This document shows, one piece after another, positions 21,131 to 30,241 of a DNA stretch of 59,296 nt (position 1 is the first letter of the stretch; each line of letters starts with the position of its first letter). The notes below the pieces were generated by a model. That model was not told the DNA's origin and did not search any database. It worked only from the letters and a program-made list of their open reading frames with translations. The DNA is taken from IMG/VR virus record IMGVR_UViG_3300017745_000006, positions 1-59,296 of that record. One strand, 5' to 3'. Origin of the DNA: a virus (taxonomy: Duplodnaviria; Caudoviricetes). A program made the position numbers and the translations under genes.

Positions 21131-23377
21131 ATGGCCGGACTTTATATTAAAAATAATTTAGGAGAAGACAACCTAAATCTAACAGATGCCGTTCAAAAAC
21201 TTTACAAAACAGGCATTAACAACGACATCAGGCTCTTTAGATTTGCCAAATCTTTATTTTCAGAGATCCGCTCGCCTTACGTTTTTGACGGGACAAGCCC
21301 TCAAACTGCAGAAATAAAGGGATTTTTTAATGAGTCTTTTACCACAAGCGATAATATTTTAATTAACAGGACAAAGTTTTTAACAAACAAATACACTTTT
21401 TCCTCTGATAACTTTGTTTGGTTTGAAAGAATTAATAACACTGGTTCTTTTCAATTAGACAGGAGACCTTCTTTTTATTCTGTTAATTTTAGCGGGGACG
21501 TTGTTGTTGGTGATGACGCTAACACAATAAAGTTAGACCCTAACGATTCTAGAGTTCTAGAATCTTCTGTAAATAGACTGATAGGAAAAAGTGCAGACTT
21601 AGTAACTACATACACTTATTTTGTACTAGGTGGAACAATAAGTTCTGGAGCGTCTTTTAAAATTAGTGCTTCTTTAGACGGCCCTGAGATAACAGGTGGT
21701 AACTTAACTACGGCTATTGCGAATCTTGGTACAGACAGGCAGGCCTCAGTTAAATACCTAAGGCCCGAAGGTTCTCCTGTTATTGTTTCTCAAAATGGAT
21801 CTATAGTCTCTCTTGAGATAGCATCTATAGGGAGTAACTATAGTATAGAAACTTTCCATGAAAATAACTCATTTATAAACGGCAGAGCCTACACGATCTC
21901 TTTTGTAGGAGATATGGACTGGAACTCAGTTGGTGTTGCTTCTGGAGTTGATCCAATAAAAGGTTTGTCTTTTACCGCAAATGCTACTGGCGACGGTGAC
22001 GCCACCAAAACTGGTAGAGCCTCTACAATATTGCAAGATAGCGATTACACAGGCGATAATGATACTCTGCCGATCCAAATAAACTTACTAGGAGAAGACT
22101 CTTCGGCCTCAAATGCCATTGCAGAGGTGTATCTTAATAAAGGAGGAAGCCTAGATGTCACTAAAAAACCTAAAATAATTGCCGGAGGTTCTGGGTACTT
22201 TGAAGACGAGAGATTAATTATATTACCTCATTGTAAAGAAAATAGGTACGGAGAGTTTGAAACTTCATTTACCACCCAATGCATAATTTATCCAGAATCG
22301 GGCAGCAGACTTATTTACACTAACTTTAAATACGATGTAATTGCGGATGGCCTTGGAACCCCTGATGAAAGTACTATCGAGGTGGGACGAGAAGCCGCAT
22401 TGTACGGCCAAAAATATACCTACGAAGTTAAATCGGCCACCGAAGAAGGATTCTTTTTATATAACGTTGACAACGAAGAGTTTGTATATCTAGGAAACTT
22501 TTATGACACTCAGCAAGACATACCTTCGGCCTCTGACGATCAACCGCTTCTTTTGATGAAAAGGAGCGATGTTATTACAGACACAAATCTTTTAAACATC
22601 GCCTCTCTTGACTCTCAGTCATTTATTTTTACTCACGACAACGCGGAGGGCTTTCAAAGTGGCTCTAATTTAGCAGATAAGCTAAGAAGCCAGAGTCTTA
22701 ATGTAAAGGAGGTAAGAAATAGCTTTAAATACGTTGTTCAAAATACCACCAGACAGAGAAAAGTTGAAGACGCTTTAAACCCTCTCCCAACGCAATATAA
22801 CATTTTTGAAGGGAAAAATTTTGACAGCACTTTTAGGTATATTCTTAGGGACCCCGACGGAGTTCTAGACGCGACAGGCGCAAACGAAGTTACCTTCAGC
22901 GATTTGGGAGCGCTCGTTGCCGATGATCAGATAGAAGTTGAACGGGGCGGGGAGAAAATTATTTGCCCTGGCATTTATTTAAAGTCTGGTGATAAATTTA
23001 AAAGGACTTTTTCTACAGACACCAAGCCCTTCTATAGCCAAAAAGGCGGGTTTAGAGTTCTTAGCCCATCAATATACGAAAAAACGGATGGGGATTACAA
23101 CACAGGAACTTTTGGGCTAGTAATCGCGGGAGGGGGAAGATACTCCCTTAGCGCCTCGTATTACAAAGGCGGAGCTTCAGATATTATTAAAGGCTTTGAT
23201 TCTTATGTAGGCAGCCTTGTACAAAACCTAAGCGTTGCAACAAATCTCGGAGGCTTTGCTTTTTCTAGCGAAAAACCCATCGTAGACATTGTCGGAACAA
23301 CTGTTAAATCGTTCCCTCTAATATCTTACGACTTCGAAACAACCACTTATAGCCCTAGATTTTTGTACGTGCTGTAG
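21131..23377 (+). CDS. Virion structural protein
   Basis: 748 aa; N-terminal GL..KNNL.E and IIAGGSGY motifs; ATTTAAAG motif variant at 21100-21107. Confidence 0.75.
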   Translation: MAGLYIKNNLGEDNLNLTDAVQKLYKTGINNDIRLFRFAKSLFSEIRSPYVFDGTSPQTAEIKGFFNESFTTSDNILINRTKFLTNKYTFSSDNFVWFERINNTGSFQLDRRPSFYSVNFSGDVVVGDDANTIKLDPNDSRVLESSVNRLIGKSADLVTTYTYFVLGGTISSGASFKISASLDGPEITGGNLTTAIANLGTDRQASVKYLRPEGSPVIVSQNGSIVSLEIASIGSNYSIETFHENNSFINGRAYTISFVGDMDWNSVGVASGVDPIKGLSFTANATGDGDATKTGRASTILQDSDYTGDNDTLPIQINLLGEDSSASNAIAEVYLNKGGSLDVTKKPKIIAGGSGYFEDERLIILPHCKENRYGEFETSFTTQCIIYPESGSRLIYTNFKYDVIADGLGTPDESTIEVGREAALYGQKYTYEVKSATEEGFFLYNVDNEEFVYLGNFYDTQQDIPSASDDQPLLLMKRSDVITDTNLLNIASLDSQSFIFTHDNAEGFQSGSNLADKLRSQSLNVKEVRNSFKYVVQNTTRQRKVEDALNPLPTQYNIFEGKNFDSTFRYILRDPDGVLDATGANEVTFSDLGALVADDQIEVERGGEKIICPGIYLKSGDKFKRTFSTDTKPFYSQKGGFRVLSPSIYEKTDGDYNTGTFGLVIAGGGRYSLSASYYKGGASDIIKGFDSYVGSLVQNLSVATNLGGFAFSSEKPIVDIVGTTVKSFPLISYDFETTTYSPRFLYVL

Positions 23378-23378
23378 G

Positions 23379-26300
23379 CTATTGTAACCCGGCCATTTTG
23401 CCAGAGCTCGGGTTCGTTGCTGTTACATACCCGTTTACAAATAAAGAGTAAGTGCTTTTAACGAGTTCTAGGTTTCCTATGTGCTGTAGTACATCCTCGT
23501 CTTTGCCGGGAGTAAGCGGGAATCCTACCTTGTACCTATGAGAGAAGTTCTCTGCCTTTAAAGCTGGGCCAGTGTAGTCTTCTATTATATCACTCTCTTG
23601 AATAGCACCGCCGCTCTCAGCTCCTGAGAGGTCGTCTGTTGAGTAAGAGAAATCTATCTGCCGAGTAATATTCAAACTCTTTCCTCCTAAATCAGACTGA
23701 GTGCTATCTCCCCAGAACACGTCGTAGTCTGTGCCCGATGCCTGGTACAAGCCGCTCCCGCCAGAGTCGCCAATTGCGGTGTTTTTTAACAACGAATCAG
23801 CCGTGGTGTATGGAGGGTAGCATAAGTCGGCGCCAAATAGCGGATTGTCTTCTCCAAATGGAGTCATTCTAGCCGAGGCCGGTTTCGGAACTTCGCTAGT
23901 TCCGGCTACAAAATTACCGCCATCATAGGTAATCTTAAGCACATCAGAGAAAGAAATTGACTTTCCAGAATCAACGTTCGCGTATTGGAAGGCGATGTCT
24001 TTTGCATCGTCGTAGTACTTAATAAATTCTCCACCGAGCCCACCAGTGTAGTCATTACCATCTGCGCGTGGGGTGCCTACCGGAGTATTAGCACCAGCCA
24101 CCTCATTTACTTTCTCTATACCAGAAGAGAAAGCAATAAGCCATATCTCGTCCCCTATAAGAGCGCTCGTTTGGTCAGTTGGGAAGTTATTAGCGGTTTT
24201 ATCCCATTTAACTCTTTCCACTGCTAAGGAAATAGGAGCAGCGAATCCTTGCTCAAAACCAGGAGACCCAGCACCGCCACCTGAAGTTAAACTTCTACTC
24301 ACAGCCGATGCACTAATAGAACCTAGCCAAAAATCAGAAGTAAGAGCTTCGTATACTCCTTGGAATCCAGTAGTAGTGTCATCAGAAGCCGTAACAGCAT
24401 TAAGATCAACATGAAGATAGAACTTATCGGCTAATGGGCTATCTCCTTTATTACTTCCGCTTCCGGCCACTAGCCCTCCTCTCCAGAACATCTGTTTAAT
24501 TATAGGTGTAAGACTTTGAACAACTGTTTTGTTATTTGTTCCGCCTCCTAAATCATTTGCCTCAAGGGCCTTGTTTCTTATATCAGTAGAGCCACTGTAA
24601 TCCTCCAGCGCGTTATTAATAGGCATTGCGGACGAAACAAATTGTCCGCCATCACCCAAGTCGTTTGGTTCTAGTCTAATTCCTATATAATTTTCTGAAT
24701 TTTTATTAGCTGTGCTATACTTTGCTTCTCCGAGGATTAAATTTTTTCTTGTTGTGTAGGTATAAGATCCGTTGCCATAAAGCCCTACTTGGTAAGCATT
24801 AGATTTTAATGTGTCTTTAAAATAATTACTTTCCCATCCGTCCAAAGGGTTATTTTTAGCTGTTATGTCTTCAATAGCGCCATCGCTGTAGGCAATGTAT
24901 CTTTGACCCTCTAGCGTTTTCCAATAATCTTCTTTATCCTCAAAAGCTTTTTTAAAGACGCTAGGTTCAAATGTAGTTTCTGAAACTTCAACAAGATCTT
25001 TATACCCTCCGTAGCCTTTTTTCGGAGAGACTATTCTAGAGGACCACAATAGCGAAGAGTCATCATCAAGGTTTGCATAGACAGACCTTTTAGGTTTAAT
25101 TCTTAACTTAAATTTTGCTAACGGATTGTCGCCGATCCAAGGCAAACTTCCATCAGCAGTATCAAATACTGTGGTGTACGCGTCGTCGTTTGTATAGGCT
25201 ATTAGATCGGTGCTGTTATCTCCAGAGGTAGCATTCTGTAATTGAATAGTCTGTACACTACCCCCTTCTAGTACTACCTCTACTTCCCTTGTAAGGTTTG
25301 TTTTAAGTACGTACTTAACTTTAGGATCTGCGTTTGATCCGTTATTACCCAGCTTATTTCCTTTATACTCAAACTCTGCATCTTCTGTTATATTTTCTCC
25401 GCTTGCAAATTCTTCTATACCGGTTACGTTTCCGCCTGCTTCCACCGTGACTGTAAATGTAGGGAGTTTTGACGGAACCTGATCTGCGTCTCCTGTACCT
25501 TCTACCCAAGAAAACTCTATATTTTCATAAACACCCGGCGTAAAACCTGAACCGAACGTTTGAGGGTCATATATAAAGCCTTCTAATCCTGCTAGATTTT
25601 TATAGTAAGAGATTATTTCATAAACGATATCAAAAGACTCGGCGCTTGTGGCCATACCATTTGCCGTCTTTTGTATGGTTGAGTCATTTTCAAACTTAGT
25701 GGCACCATCTGGCTTTTTAATAATCCCTGATGTGGTGGTTATGTTTATATCGAACTCTTCGCCAAAAAACTTGCTAACTTTAGTATCATCTACAACACTA
25801 CCAGTCTTTATAAAAATATTTGGCTCAAACGGAGTAACCTCCTCTAAATTAGCTTTATCAGCTCTTCCGTGCCAGATCCTCAGGGAAATTGGTACATATC
25901 TATAAGATGCCCCTGACGCTCCGTCTGTAGTTCTATAGTAGATAAACTCTTCTGGTAAGTCATCTAGAGTAAAAGATTCTTTGGAGAAATATCTAAGTCC
26001 TCTCTCTCCTTGATCATCGTCGGATAAAAAGCTCGCAGAGTTAGCTGAGTCTAACGTGTCTATTACGTTAGTCCATACAGGAGAACTTACGGATCCGTCC
26101 GTTAAAACATCAATTTTTACTCCGATATTTGTTTGTACCTCAAATACGTATTTAAGATCATCGGTGTCCCGGTCCATCCTTAGATATCCATCCCATCTAA
26201 CCCCCCAGTTATCAATATTATCCCTTAGAACTCTAGGAGCTCTTTCCCACACCAGGTTGGAGTCTTTTACAATGTTATCTCCGTCGTAATCATTTTGGTG

Positions 26301-27290
26301 GATTACAGGGATTCTGTAAGAAATGTATTGATCTGCGTTATAATAATCTTCTTCTATATAGAAACTTGAGACTCCTCTTTCATAAGAAAGTATTGCGTTG
26401 CTTGTTTCTGGGTTTTTATCGTCTGGACCATCGGCTCCTGTTAATTCGGCAGAACTAGCTCCGGGGCTAGTTGAGTACCACTTTGGTAAGTTAACAGAAG
26501 AGTACTCTCTTTCAAGTTTAAATACTATACTCTCAAAGTTTGTACCGTAATTAAGTTTTAAATTTTTTAATTGTGCTACAGACTCAACGTCTCTTGCGGT
26601 CCAAGTGGCCGCATCGTAGTCAACAAGCACAAAGACATTAAGCCCTGCAAGGCTCAGTGTTTGGCTTGCAATAGCCGGGTTTTCAAACTCAGTTAGTACA
26701 TAAGCAACTACTCCGGTAGTTGGCAAAGTAAAATCGCTATCTTTACTAAAAGTAAATCCTGCGGTTATCTCTCCAGAAACGTCATTAAATCCGTTGGTTA
26801 ATTTTAAGGTCCCTACTAATTGTCTTTTGCTAGGTGCAATGCTATAAAATATTGCATTAGCGCCTTGATGAAGATTATTTAACTGGCCTCTTCCAGTTAG
26901 CCCGTCAATATCTTTTAGCCTATCTTCTATTCTTATTCTAGGAAAAATATCAATTTCTGAGCCTTCATCAGTAACACTAACATCCTTCAGAGGAGTTAAA
27001 AAGCTTGTTGTAATGTCGTTTTCAACAAATTCTTTTGTGATATTAAAGTCATCAGTGGAGTATATGCCATAGATAGACCTTTCTGCTCTATCTGTAACTC
27101 TTGTTAAGTAATTTAGTACGTTTAATAACGCCTCGCCCCTGTCCGTAAGATCACTTAGAGCGTTATTTCTAACAGCTCCAGTGTATCTAATCTCATTAGA
27201 CTTCCTTCCTCCCCTCCTCTTTAAGTAAGAAAGAAGGTTCGTACTATCGAGGTTTAAGTTATGTACTTTTTTATCAATTCTTGTTGCCAT
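23379..27290 (-). CDS. Large virion structural protein with PA14-like carbohydrate-binding segment
   Basis: 1303 aa; DNWGVRWDGYLR...YVFEVQTN is PA14-like; NNALSDL.D...AL.N motif; GTTTAAAG upstream. Confidence 0.75.
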   Translation of the reverse strand: MATRIDKKVHNLNLDSTNLLSYLKRRGGRKSNEIRYTGAVRNNALSDLTDRGEALLNVLNYLTRVTDRAERSIYGIYSTDDFNITKEFVENDITTSFLTPLKDVSVTDEGSEIDIFPRIRIEDRLKDIDGLTGRGQLNNLHQGANAIFYSIAPSKRQLVGTLKLTNGFNDVSGEITAGFTFSKDSDFTLPTTGVVAYVLTEFENPAIASQTLSLAGLNVFVLVDYDAATWTARDVESVAQLKNLKLNYGTNFESIVFKLEREYSSVNLPKWYSTSPGASSAELTGADGPDDKNPETSNAILSYERGVSSFYIEEDYYNADQYISYRIPVIHQNDYDGDNIVKDSNLVWERAPRVLRDNIDNWGVRWDGYLRMDRDTDDLKYVFEVQTNIGVKIDVLTDGSVSSPVWTNVIDTLDSANSASFLSDDDQGERGLRYFSKESFTLDDLPEEFIYYRTTDGASGASYRYVPISLRIWHGRADKANLEEVTPFEPNIFIKTGSVVDDTKVSKFFGEEFDINITTTSGIIKKPDGATKFENDSTIQKTANGMATSAESFDIVYEIISYYKNLAGLEGFIYDPQTFGSGFTPGVYENIEFSWVEGTGDADQVPSKLPTFTVTVEAGGNVTGIEEFASGENITEDAEFEYKGNKLGNNGSNADPKVKYVLKTNLTREVEVVLEGGSVQTIQLQNATSGDNSTDLIAYTNDDAYTTVFDTADGSLPWIGDNPLAKFKLRIKPKRSVYANLDDDSSLLWSSRIVSPKKGYGGYKDLVEVSETTFEPSVFKKAFEDKEDYWKTLEGQRYIAYSDGAIEDITAKNNPLDGWESNYFKDTLKSNAYQVGLYGNGSYTYTTRKNLILGEAKYSTANKNSENYIGIRLEPNDLGDGGQFVSSAMPINNALEDYSGSTDIRNKALEANDLGGGTNNKTVVQSLTPIIKQMFWRGGLVAGSGSNKGDSPLADKFYLHVDLNAVTASDDTTTGFQGVYEALTSDFWLGSISASAVSRSLTSGGGAGSPGFEQGFAAPISLAVERVKWDKTANNFPTDQTSALIGDEIWLIAFSSGIEKVNEVAGANTPVGTPRADGNDYTGGLGGEFIKYYDDAKDIAFQYANVDSGKSISFSDVLKITYDGGNFVAGTSEVPKPASARMTPFGEDNPLFGADLCYPPYTTADSLLKNTAIGDSGGSGLYQASGTDYDVFWGDSTQSDLGGKSLNITRQIDFSYSTDDLSGAESGGAIQESDIIEDYTGPALKAENFSHRYKVGFPLTPGKDEDVLQHIGNLELVKSTYSLFVNGYVTATNPSSGKMAGLQ

Positions 27291-27322
27291 AATAGGGGCA
27301 CTAAATACGATCTATAATTGTA

Positions 27323-27330
27323 CTTTAAAC
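27323..27330 (-). promoter_or_regulatory. GTTTAAAG candidate late promoter
   Basis: ctttaaac on the plus strand, 32 nt before ATG 27290. Confidence 0.7.
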
Positions 27331-27331
27331 C

Positions 27332-28063
27332 CTACGCGGCGTATAAATCTGCGTATTCTCTGATGACTGATTTTACAAAGCCAGATCTCACGATCTCGTT
27401 AAATCCAAATTCAACGTGACCAACTTCATTAAGCTTGGATAACCTTTTTGCTGCATCAGATAATCCATCTCGTCCAAACTTTCCATCAAGATCACGTTGT
27501 ACAACATCACCAAGTAAAGCAACTTTGCTATCATTTCCTAACCTTGTAAGTACTGTGAGTACAGAGTGGGGTATCGCATTTTGCATCTCGTCTGCAATAA
27601 TAAAACACTTGGCCAGACTCCTCCCTCTGAGATGCTCTAAAGGCACGAACTCAATGACTTTCTTCTCAATAAGGTAATCTGCCTTGCCTTTGGGCATAAA
27701 TACCGATAAAGCGTCTTTTAGTGGTGCAATATGCGGAGCAGTCTTCTCATCTATTTCTCCTGGCAAGAAGCCAAGCCCTTGTTCTCCCACCACATCCACG
27801 ATGGGTTTTACATAATAGATTTTGTCGATTTCTCTTTTTTGAAGAGCTTGACATGCGGCGTATACAGAGAGGAGTGTTTTTGCAGTGCCGGGTGGCCCTG
27901 TTAAAATTGTTAGAGTCTTTGTTTTAAGGTAATTGAGCGCATCCACTTGAGATGGGTTACGGGGCATTACTATTCTGACCTGGTCCTGTTCTCTATTTTG
28001 TGGCATATAAGATTGTTCTGTGCGGATTTTTTGTCTACGGGTGTTCTTTACTTTACGTGCCAT
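27332..28063 (-). CDS. phoH: PhoH-family ATPase
   Basis: PRNPSQ, GPPGTAKT, GLGFLPG, LRGRS, IIADEMQN, LTRLG, GDVVQRD, IVRS motifs; GGAG SD before ATG 28063. Confidence 0.95.
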   Translation of the reverse strand: MARKVKNTRRQKIRTEQSYMPQNREQDQVRIVMPRNPSQVDALNYLKTKTLTILTGPPGTAKTLLSVYAACQALQKREIDKIYYVKPIVDVVGEQGLGFLPGEIDEKTAPHIAPLKDALSVFMPKGKADYLIEKKVIEFVPLEHLRGRSLAKCFIIADEMQNAIPHSVLTVLTRLGNDSKVALLGDVVQRDLDGKFGRDGLSDAAKRLSKLNEVGHVEFGFNEIVRSGFVKSVIREYADLYAA

Positions 28064-28079
28064 AGGGTCTCCATATAGC

Positions 28080-28115
28080 AAAAATCCCCAGAGCACATTT
28101 CTGCGCTTAGGGGAC
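28080..28115 (-). terminator. Intrinsic terminator-like hairpin just upstream of phoH
   Basis: Minus strand gtcccctaagcgca-gaaatg-tgctctggggattttt. Confidence 0.55.
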
Positions 28116-28182
28116 TCTGCTCAAACTAATTATAAAGTGACGAAACATTAAGCGAGGGATCTTAATTAATGTTCGTATAACT

Positions 28183-28755
28183 TTAAACCCACGTGCTAAT
28201 AGCGGCTCTTTTCCAAGTATTGTTTGCTACACAAATATAAATAAATCCGATATCCCAAGCAACATCACCCACTACTCCTGCGGAACCCGCGTTAGCTGGA
28301 GGTTGAGAAGGTAGGTTTACTTTGCCTGCAACTGTAAGATCACCAGCTTTAGATAGAGAAAGCTTAGAAGACCCATCTACGGCAACCTCTAAGGGTTTTG
28401 ATCCTGCGCCCGAGGAAGTATCGGTTATGGACAGTTTTAAGGCATACTGGTCTACGGTATTGTCGTTCCAAGTAGTTGCGACCTCTAGAGGAGATGTAGG
28501 GGCAGAGAGTCCAATACCCACCTTACCTGCAGAGTAATAAGCGTCTGAACCGGTCTTAGCCCATACTCCCGCGAGCTTCTTAGCAGTATCATCAGAATGA
28601 TCTACATAGTATACTTCTTGGAGGTTCTCGTTGAGGAACAACTCTCCTGGTTGAGCAAAATCATTATCGTTTGTGTACTGCGTTTGAATATATGCTAGGT
28701 TCTTGGCAGAATCGGACGAATATCTAATCCCCCACCTATGATTCGGAGTTGTCAT
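28183..28755 (-). CDS. Short tail-fibre-like structural protein
   Basis: PGELFLN, GKVGIGLSAPTSPLEV and C-terminal G..GDVAWD..FIYICVANNTWKRAAISTW, a common fibre C-terminal module; GTTTAAAG at 28783-28790. Confidence 0.75.
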   Translation of the reverse strand: MTTPNHRWGIRYSSDSAKNLAYIQTQYTNDNDFAQPGELFLNENLQEVYYVDHSDDTAKKLAGVWAKTGSDAYYSAGKVGIGLSAPTSPLEVATTWNDNTVDQYALKLSITDTSSGAGSKPLEVAVDGSSKLSLSKAGDLTVAGKVNLPSQPPANAGSAGVVGDVAWDIGFIYICVANNTWKRAAISTWV

Positions 28756-28834
28756 GTGACTATAACAAAATATCTAATCTAGCTTTAAACTCTAACTATC
28801 TGTGATATAATTATACATATAACGCTTGTAATTA

Positions 28835-29401
28835 ATGAAGCCAAAAATTTTTGCTGTGCTGGGGGCTGACCGTGTTGGAAAAAGCACCTTTATAGAAAAT
28901 TCTTTTCATATTATCAAACAATTTAATTCTAAAGTAGAAAAGCTTCATTTTTCTGGACCCAAGCCTAGCCATAATAACCCAATAGATCAGTATGTATTTC
29001 CGCTTAACGACTTAATGAGAGGAAGCTCTCCTGAGTATGTTCTTTGTGACCGAGGATTTTCAGAAGTTTGTTTCTACGAGAGGTTTAGGAGAAATATTAT
29101 AATTTCAGAAGAATGGGCTATAGCCGCAGAATCTTATTTCAAAGCAGTTAGCTCGGAAATTAATGTCTTGCTTATTAACCGAGACTGGGAATGGAGTCAG
29201 CCAAAACACGTTGAGGAAGTAGATCAGTTATTTCCCGAAGCCTCAAATTATTTTAAAAGGACTCAAATGCTTGTTAGGGAAAAAGAACACGTAAGTTACT
29301 ACGAATATATGCCAAAGTACCTAAAAAATATCTCTACCCTTCCCTATCAAATTATCCAGCCTAAGCTAGGAGAGTCTGTCTTGGATTACATTCTGGTTTA
29401 A
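28835..29401 (+). CDS. P-loop nucleotide kinase (thymidylate/dNMP-kinase-like)
   Basis: IFAVLGADRVGKST Walker A and VLCDRG motif; extended -10 TGATATAAT at 28803-28811. Confidence 0.7.
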   Translation: MKPKIFAVLGADRVGKSTFIENSFHIIKQFNSKVEKLHFSGPKPSHNNPIDQYVFPLNDLMRGSSPEYVLCDRGFSEVCFYERFRRNIIISEEWAIAAESYFKAVSSEINVLLINRDWEWSQPKHVEEVDQLFPEASNYFKRTQMLVREKEHVSYYEYMPKYLKNISTLPYQIIQPKLGESVLDYILV

Positions 29402-29431
29402 AGATAACTAGATTTGTTATAAAGCAATACT

Positions 29432-30160
29432 ATGGCTAATATTCTAAACGAGGGCTTATCTCGTACCCTGGGTATTGGATTTGAATTTAAACTCAAGTTA
29501 CAGACTCTTCTTGCAGAGTTTAAAGACGACCCGATTGTCCAAGCTGAAACAACTGAGGCTGCCGCTGCAGCCGCCGCTCTTACAAAATTTATTAAGTGTG
29601 GTCCATCGATGGGATTTGAAGCTAAGCGTAATGCCTACGCTTGCTTTGAGCAGATTGTAACTGCTCTTAAAAATTCCTCCTCTGTCCCCGCCTCAGACGA
29701 CACCGCGCTTACCACAGAACTTGTAAATGTTACTAAGTTTGTTGGTTTAGAAGGCGAAGAAGACTTCCACTTTATGGTTGCGGCCTTCAATCTCTGCGAA
29801 CTCATCTCTGGTGTAGTTGGCGAAGTTGAAACTGAAGTCGTTGAAGGAGTTGCCGCTACCGGCGGAATCACAACACTCGTCCTTCTCGATGGTGGATCTG
29901 AATACACTGTCGACGGCGCAGACGAAGACGAAGATCCTTACTCCGTGCTCCTTTCCGGTACAGAAGATACTGGAAACGGAACTGGAGGCAAAGCAAGCGT
30001 GGTTCTTGCCGGTGGTATTATCACCGCAATCAACTCTGTTACTGCTGCGGGCTCTGGATACTCTGTTGGCGACATCCTTACCTTGGAAGTCGATACAGGA
30101 GTACATGCTTCTGGAGATCTTGGAACACAGGCGCTCGTCGAAGTTACTGCAATTTCCTGA
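29432..30160 (+). CDS. Virion structural protein
   Basis: 242 aa; GTGGKASV...AGSGYSVGDILT motif; own GTTTAAAG (29396-29403) and a terminator downstream. Confidence 0.7.
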   Translation: MANILNEGLSRTLGIGFEFKLKLQTLLAEFKDDPIVQAETTEAAAAAAALTKFIKCGPSMGFEAKRNAYACFEQIVTALKNSSSVPASDDTALTTELVNVTKFVGLEGEEDFHFMVAAFNLCELISGVVGEVETEVVEGVAATGGITTLVLLDGGSEYTVDGADEDEDPYSVLLSGTEDTGNGTGGKASVVLAGGIITAINSVTAAGSGYSVGDILTLEVDTGVHASGDLGTQALVEVTAIS

Positions 30161-30183
30161 TAAAAAACTAAATAATACTTTAT

Positions 30184-30213
30184 CCCTCAGGAGGAGATCC
30201 CTTCTGGGGGTTT
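30184..30213 (+). terminator. Hairpin terminator overlapping the next GTTTAAAG motif (30210-30217)
   Basis: ccctcaggag-gagatcc-cttctggggg followed by ttt. Confidence 0.55.
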
Positions 30214-30241
30214 AAAGTATCTATAGCCATATCATACGCTC

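Noticed and set aside
28236-28243. T4-type late promoter TATAAATA (also at 43691)
   Set aside because: Both copies are inside genes on the antisense strand, not upstream of structural genes.
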